From positions 2,104,829 to 2,168,828 of the forward strand of contig CAXXGO010000001.1 in NCBI GenBank assembly GCA_963666835.2: DNA of 64,000 nucleotides, written 5' to 3'. This DNA comes from Phycisphaerae bacterium (GTDB taxonomy: Bacteria; Planctomycetota; Phycisphaerae; UBA1845). The notes below the pieces were generated by a model, which saw only the letters and a program-made list of their open reading frames with translations, was not told where the DNA came from and did no database searches. Positions 57,547 to 64,000 of the stretch are shown here, in pieces. Positions within the stretch are counted from its first letter, which is position 1. The number at the start of each line of letters is the position of its first letter. The position numbers and the translations under genes are program-made.

Positions 57547-59622
57547 ATGCGAACAAGAACTCTGATCTCACTAGTCGTTCTCAGTCTATCGTCAATGGTC
57601 GATCCGGTCGTCGCGGAGCCGGTGGGATCGGCCCTCACGTACCAGGGGCAACTGAAGTCCGACGACAAACCGGTCAACGGCACGGTGGACTTCGTTTTCG
57701 CCCTCTACGACGCACCGTCCGACGGCACGCGGATCGACGAACGGCCTCGCCCTGCGGCGGATGTAGTCAACGGGTTGTTCACCGTGGAGCTGGACTTTCC
57801 GGCGGACGTATTCAACGGTCAGGCCCTCTGGCTGGCAGTAGAGGTGCGCAATCCGGCCTGGGACGGGCAGGGCGTTGCTCCGCCATTCACCGCATTGGAG
57901 CCGCGCCAACACGTAACCGCAGTGCCGTATGCAGTCCATGCCCAGCACGGTGGCAACTGCGACGGACACTCGTTGGATGCTGCGGATGGTGATCCGGTTG
58001 ATGCGGTCTATGTGGACGAAGAGGGAAACGTCGGCATCGGTACGACGAGCCCCGAGGGCATGCTGCATGTTAAGGATGGCGACGTCCGCATCGAAAACGG
58101 TGGGCTCCGCCTCGTTGGCGCGGCGAATTACTTGGGAAAGCTATACATCGCCAAGCCGATTGTAGGCAAAGATGACTCAGTGTGCGAGTCCCACATTTAT
58201 GCTAGAGGCACCGACAATGGGTATGGCCTAGCCATCGGTGTGCTGAACGACCCTGCGGGGAGTTTTATGCAGACTATGGTCAATGACCAGCCGGCATTTG
58301 GCGGTTCTAGCATCCCGCTGTTGCTGAATGCTAACGGTGGCAACGTTGGAATCGGCACGACGAATCCAGCCGCACGACTGCATGTGTCAGGCGGGCCAGA
58401 TTGGACAATGAATGGCTGGCGGAAGTCGCTTGCACTAGATCAGTCGGGTGCACTTCAGCTTGGCCGTGGAAATCCGCAGACGTACGGTCTCGGAGTTAGT
58501 GCAAACACACTATACTTCTGGAACACGAATACGGAAGGGACCGACGATACGTCCAACTACTTTCTGACGGTCCTCCCCAATAGGAACATCGGAATCGGGA
58601 CGACAAGCCCGGCCGCAACACTTCACGTTGACACATCCTCCACGGGAGAAGTCCGTCTGTCGAAGCCCAATGCCGGAGGTCAGGTTCTGCGGATGGACGG
58701 CGGCGGGGGCACAACGAACCAAGCCATCGAACTTGACCGGTCGCCCAGCGATCGCCTGCACATCGGCTCCTATTTCGGACAGTATCAGATTGTGGGAAAC
58801 GCTGCTAAACCGATGGTGTTTGGGACAAACTCAAGAGCATCTGACCTTACCCTGGCAACAAACGGCAACGTCGGCATCGGTACAACCGACCCCCAGGCAG
58901 AGCTGGACGTTCGGGGGGAGATTCTCGCTACGTCGTCAAACCCCGTCGAGGGTACCATTACCGCGGAGGTCACTCATCAACACGGCCTCGATGACGGAAT
59001 CGTCTCGACCACTCCGGGTAACCTGAACATGAACGCACCGTACATTGGTAGTCTGTTCAAGGCGAAGTTCGCCGAGGGAGCCAGCGGCTACGCATTCACC
59101 ACCATCCAGGGCGGCGACTCCCAAACGGAGAACATCAAGGCCAGCATCACCTCCGCCGGGAGTGCCTACTTCGCGGGAACCACAAGGACTGCCGTTGTTC
59201 AGATTACGGGTGCGGACGTCGCGGAGCGGTTCCCGACCACCGAAGATCTGCAACCGGGGATGGTCGTCACCATGGACGCGGCGCGACTGGGGCATATCCG
59301 GCTTGCGCGGACACCATACAGCAAACTCGTCGCCGGGATTGTCAGCGGCGCCAACGATCTCTCCGCCGGCGCAGTGCTCGGCAATCTCCCCGGTCACGAG
59401 GACGCTCCGCCAATCGCCCTGGCCGGTCGGGTGTACTGCTGGTGCGATGCCGATGCGAACGGCCCGATCGAGCCTGGTGATATGCTGACCACGTCGTCAA
59501 CTCCTGGGCATGCCATGTGTGCCTCGGACTCCGCGCGTGCCTTCGGGAGCGTCATCGGCAAGGCCATGGGCCACTTGGATAGCGGCCAAGGGCTGGTCTT
59601 GGTTCTGGTAAACCTGCAGTAG
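57547..59622 (+). CDS. Secreted tail-fibre-like protein with N[VI]GIGT repeats and C-terminal intramolecular-chaperone-like domain
   Basis: RBS AAGGAG; signal peptide; TYQGQL..LYDAPSDG; four N[VI]GIGTT.P repeats; ADVAERF..IALAGRV..GPIEPGDMLTTS..VIGKAM (Peptidase_G2-like). Confidence 0.8.
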   Translation: MRTRTLISLVVLSLSSMVDPVVAEPVGSALTYQGQLKSDDKPVNGTVDFVFALYDAPSDGTRIDERPRPAADVVNGLFTVELDFPADVFNGQALWLAVEVRNPAWDGQGVAPPFTALEPRQHVTAVPYAVHAQHGGNCDGHSLDAADGDPVDAVYVDEEGNVGIGTTSPEGMLHVKDGDVRIENGGLRLVGAANYLGKLYIAKPIVGKDDSVCESHIYARGTDNGYGLAIGVLNDPAGSFMQTMVNDQPAFGGSSIPLLLNANGGNVGIGTTNPAARLHVSGGPDWTMNGWRKSLALDQSGALQLGRGNPQTYGLGVSANTLYFWNTNTEGTDDTSNYFLTVLPNRNIGIGTTSPAATLHVDTSSTGEVRLSKPNAGGQVLRMDGGGGTTNQAIELDRSPSDRLHIGSYFGQYQIVGNAAKPMVFGTNSRASDLTLATNGNVGIGTTDPQAELDVRGEILATSSNPVEGTITAEVTHQHGLDDGIVSTTPGNLNMNAPYIGSLFKAKFAEGASGYAFTTIQGGDSQTENIKASITSAGSAYFAGTTRTAVVQITGADVAERFPTTEDLQPGMVVTMDAARLGHIRLARTPYSKLVAGIVSGANDLSAGAVLGNLPGHEDAPPIALAGRVYCWCDADANGPIEPGDMLTTSSTPGHAMCASDSARAFGSVIGKAMGHLDSGQGLVLVLVNLQ

Positions 59623-59649
59623 CAACACGGCCAAACCTGGAGGTATGCA

Positions 59650-61866
59650 ATGGAATCGACGACGACTTCAGTAAAGAGCGTACACAGGCGCCAAGTGCCC
59701 TCCGCTCGACACATCCCGGGACGGTCTGGATTGCGATTGCTGGGCAGGATGCTGCCGCTGGTAGCCGCGTATATCGGTGTCAGCGCGTGCGTTGTACGTA
59801 GTGCTGGCGCCGACCCACCCCAGTGCGAGCAGGATACTCCTGTCACTCGCTCGGCGTGGTATGCCGCCGAGAGCAGCACTTGGGTGGCCACCGACGCACT
59901 CGACCGCACTCTTCCGACGTATTCCGAAGTCGGAGCGCCACGGTCGGATCGCTTCGTCGGCATCTTCTACCTGCTCTGGCATGGGGAACACGGCACCGAC
60001 GGTCCGTTCGACATAAATCTCATCCAGAGCAATCATCCCTACAATCCCGGGACGCCCCTCGGAGATTACCTGGACGCCCTCGAACCCTACTACGGCCCCT
60101 TTGCCTTTGATGATGCAGACGGCGACGGCGAGCCCGATTTGAGTGGCCATCACTGGGGTGAGCCTCTGTTCGGGTACTACCGAGCCGACGATGAATACGT
60201 GCTGCGTAAGCACTTGCAGATGTTGGTCGACGCGGGCGTGGATGTACTGCTGTTGGATAACACGAATGCCGTGCCGTACGACGCGAACGTTACCCGCCTG
60301 CTGTCGCTGGCCGAGGAGATCCGGGAATCCGGCGGGGATACCCCGCAATTCGCATTCATGGCCCATCCGAACATCGTCGAGCATGACTATGACTCCATCT
60401 ACGCGCCCGGGCACTACGCCGATCTGTGGTTCTATTGGCGTGGGAAGCCGCTGCTACTCGTGACGGCCGAGTTGAGTTCCGATGTCCCGCAACACATCCG
60501 TGATTTCTTCACCATCCGCACATCGTGGTCGTGCGGTGTGCTGAATAACGACCCGTGTGACTGGTACGGCGACGGACAGAACAACTGGGCGTTCATCTAT
60601 CACTATCCACAGGCCTGGGGCTGGGATAGTGCCCCCATGATCCCCGAGCAGATCGCGGTTGCCACGGCGGAGCACGCTCATCTGAACGTCGGCAAGAGCT
60701 TCCACGACGGTACGCAGCCGGCCTACGGTTCCGCTGCCGAGGACACCGCGCGCGGCTACTACTTCGAAGAGCAGATCCAGCGTGCCTTGGACGTCGATCC
60801 CGAGTTTGCGTTGATTACGCAGTGGAACGAGTGGATCGCAGGCCGCCTGGAGGCGGAGGAGGACAGTTGGTTCCTCGGTGTGCCTCGCGAGCCCGGGGAA
60901 TCCTTCTTCGTCGATGCCTACAACCACGAGTTCAACCGCGACATCGAACCGGTGGTAGGCGGACACGGTGACAACTACGTCTACCAGATGACTGATTTCA
61001 TTCGGCGGTTCAAGGGGGCCGCCCCCTCACCGGCGCCAGGCCAGCCGCGGTCGATTGACATTGACGGAGCGTTTGCCGACTGGAATGCCGTCGGCCCGCG
61101 GTATCTGGATCAGCCTGGGGACGAACCCTACCGCCTTAACCAACCCGGATATTTTCAGGCTGGTCCGTACACCAATCTCTCGGGCCGCAACGATATCGTG
61201 GAGGCGCGCGTAACCTATGATGAGTGCGACGTGTTCTTCTATGCTCGAACGCAACAGCCACTCTCGACCTACTCCGCGCAGGACTGGATGGTGTTGTACA
61301 TCGACGTCGACTCTGACCACGCGACCGGATGGGAGGGCTTCGACTACGTAGTTAACCGAGTCGGTGTCGGTGCCACTACGTCGACCCTAGAGGCGAACAC
61401 GGGAGGGTGGAACTGGTCTCATGTCGGTGCGGTGACATACCGCGCGAGTGGTAATGAGCTGGAGCTCGCCATTCCACGGGATGCCATCGGTGAAACGGAT
61501 GTCGGCGTCGCAATTGACTTCAAGTGGGCGGACAACACTCAGCCCGCGGGGGATGTGCTCCGGTTTACCACGCACGGCGATTGCGCTCCGAATGATCGAT
61601 ACAAGTATCGATACGTGAACTCACTGCCTGGCGGCCCGTGCGAGCCGGGATGCGAGGGTGTCGATGTCTGGGTCGACTTCGACTACGTCGGTCCCGAAGA
61701 CGGATCCTATGGACGTCCTTTCAATACGCTTACTGAGGCTGTGTCGGCGGCACCGGCCAGCGGGACGATCGGGATCCGGGCGGGCAGCACCAGCGAAACG
61801 CCCACGATCTCAGATCCCGTAACCATCCTAGCCTGCGGAGGTACGGTAACCATAGGAGCACAGTGA
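59650..61866 (+). CDS. Putative secreted glycoside hydrolase (GH99/GH71-like barrel) with accessory C-terminal domains
   Basis: FVGIFYLLWHG, HHWGEPLFGYY, HLQMLVDAGVD, GKPLL, ITQWNEW, RDIEP; tail DGSYGRPFNTLTEAV. Start may be 59749. Confidence 0.7.
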   Translation: MESTTTSVKSVHRRQVPSARHIPGRSGLRLLGRMLPLVAAYIGVSACVVRSAGADPPQCEQDTPVTRSAWYAAESSTWVATDALDRTLPTYSEVGAPRSDRFVGIFYLLWHGEHGTDGPFDINLIQSNHPYNPGTPLGDYLDALEPYYGPFAFDDADGDGEPDLSGHHWGEPLFGYYRADDEYVLRKHLQMLVDAGVDVLLLDNTNAVPYDANVTRLLSLAEEIRESGGDTPQFAFMAHPNIVEHDYDSIYAPGHYADLWFYWRGKPLLLVTAELSSDVPQHIRDFFTIRTSWSCGVLNNDPCDWYGDGQNNWAFIYHYPQAWGWDSAPMIPEQIAVATAEHAHLNVGKSFHDGTQPAYGSAAEDTARGYYFEEQIQRALDVDPEFALITQWNEWIAGRLEAEEDSWFLGVPREPGESFFVDAYNHEFNRDIEPVVGGHGDNYVYQMTDFIRRFKGAAPSPAPGQPRSIDIDGAFADWNAVGPRYLDQPGDEPYRLNQPGYFQAGPYTNLSGRNDIVEARVTYDECDVFFYARTQQPLSTYSAQDWMVLYIDVDSDHATGWEGFDYVVNRVGVGATTSTLEANTGGWNWSHVGAVTYRASGNELELAIPRDAIGETDVGVAIDFKWADNTQPAGDVLRFTTHGDCAPNDRYKYRYVNSLPGGPCEPGCEGVDVWVDFDYVGPEDGSYGRPFNTLTEAVSAAPASGTIGIRAGSTSETPTISDPVTILACGGTVTIGAQ

Positions 61867-61896
61867 TCCGCGACGCTATGGATGAGAACGTCTGTT

Positions 61897-61932
61897 GGTT
61901 CGGCGGGGCAACCTCAATCAACCCGCCGAACC
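61897..61932. terminator. Hairpin between convergent gene cluster and CRISPR transcript
   Basis: GGTTCGGCGGG / CCCGCCGAACC 11-bp stem; no clear U-tract. Confidence 0.45.
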
Positions 61933-62137
61933 GGTGGCTTGCCGCGTGCATGGGGCCGCACGCGAAACGAGAGGTTGGGAGCACACCGGTGCGGCGCTGG
62001 ATCAGCTCTGGTGGGACGCATGAGGCATCAACTCTGCTACTCCGGTAGACCCTCCGAATACCCGCACGCCTGGTAGTCGCTGCAGCCGAGAAACTTGCCG
62101 CGGCATCCGTCGCGTACAACAAGGTGCCCATCGCAGT

Positions 62138-64000
<1,863 letters not shown>

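Noticed and set aside
57547..59622. Diversity-generating retroelement target, or a prophage tail gene
   Set aside because: No reverse transcriptase or TR/VR pair seen; the protein has a signal peptide and no tail or baseplate neighbours.

Overview
High-GC bacterial window, most likely a Phycisphaerae-type planctomycete (inferred from the aroD-aroE fusion, PQQ-like beta-propeller, ECF sigma/Ser-Thr kinase pairs and Cys-containing dockerin-like tails). 1-34.9 kb is mostly core genome (aroK, aroDE, tal, NDP-forming acyl-CoA ligase, CoA-transferase-GNAT fusion, Memo/AmrB, ROK kinase, mutL, nadC, cyclophilin, a collagen-like protein, membrane proteins and lipoproteins) with four copies of a ~90-100 bp palindromic repeat. 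From 34.9 kb the DNA is accessory: two truncated IS (IS21, IS66) fused tail-to-tail; a tRNA-Arg(ACG) 3'-half att-like site; a phage-like module (lambda-like cos, ParB-N protein, SPL-like radical SAM, Nu1-like small terminase; no large terminase, capsid or integrase); two ECF sigma + Ser/Thr kinase pairs, each divergent from secreted cargo (a giant Cys-repeat surface protein with a PLA2-like head; a cluster with dockerin-like proteins, a tail-fibre-like protein and a putative glycoside hydrolase); and the trailer end of a type I-C-like CRISPR array (28 repeats plus 1 degenerate) running to the right edge, with no cas genes in view. Best novelty candidates: the att-cos-ParB-rSAM-TerS module, the dockerin/fibre secreted cluster, and a Cys-Gly C-terminal sorting signal on three unrelated proteins. 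All family calls are from motif recognition by eye; no searches were run.
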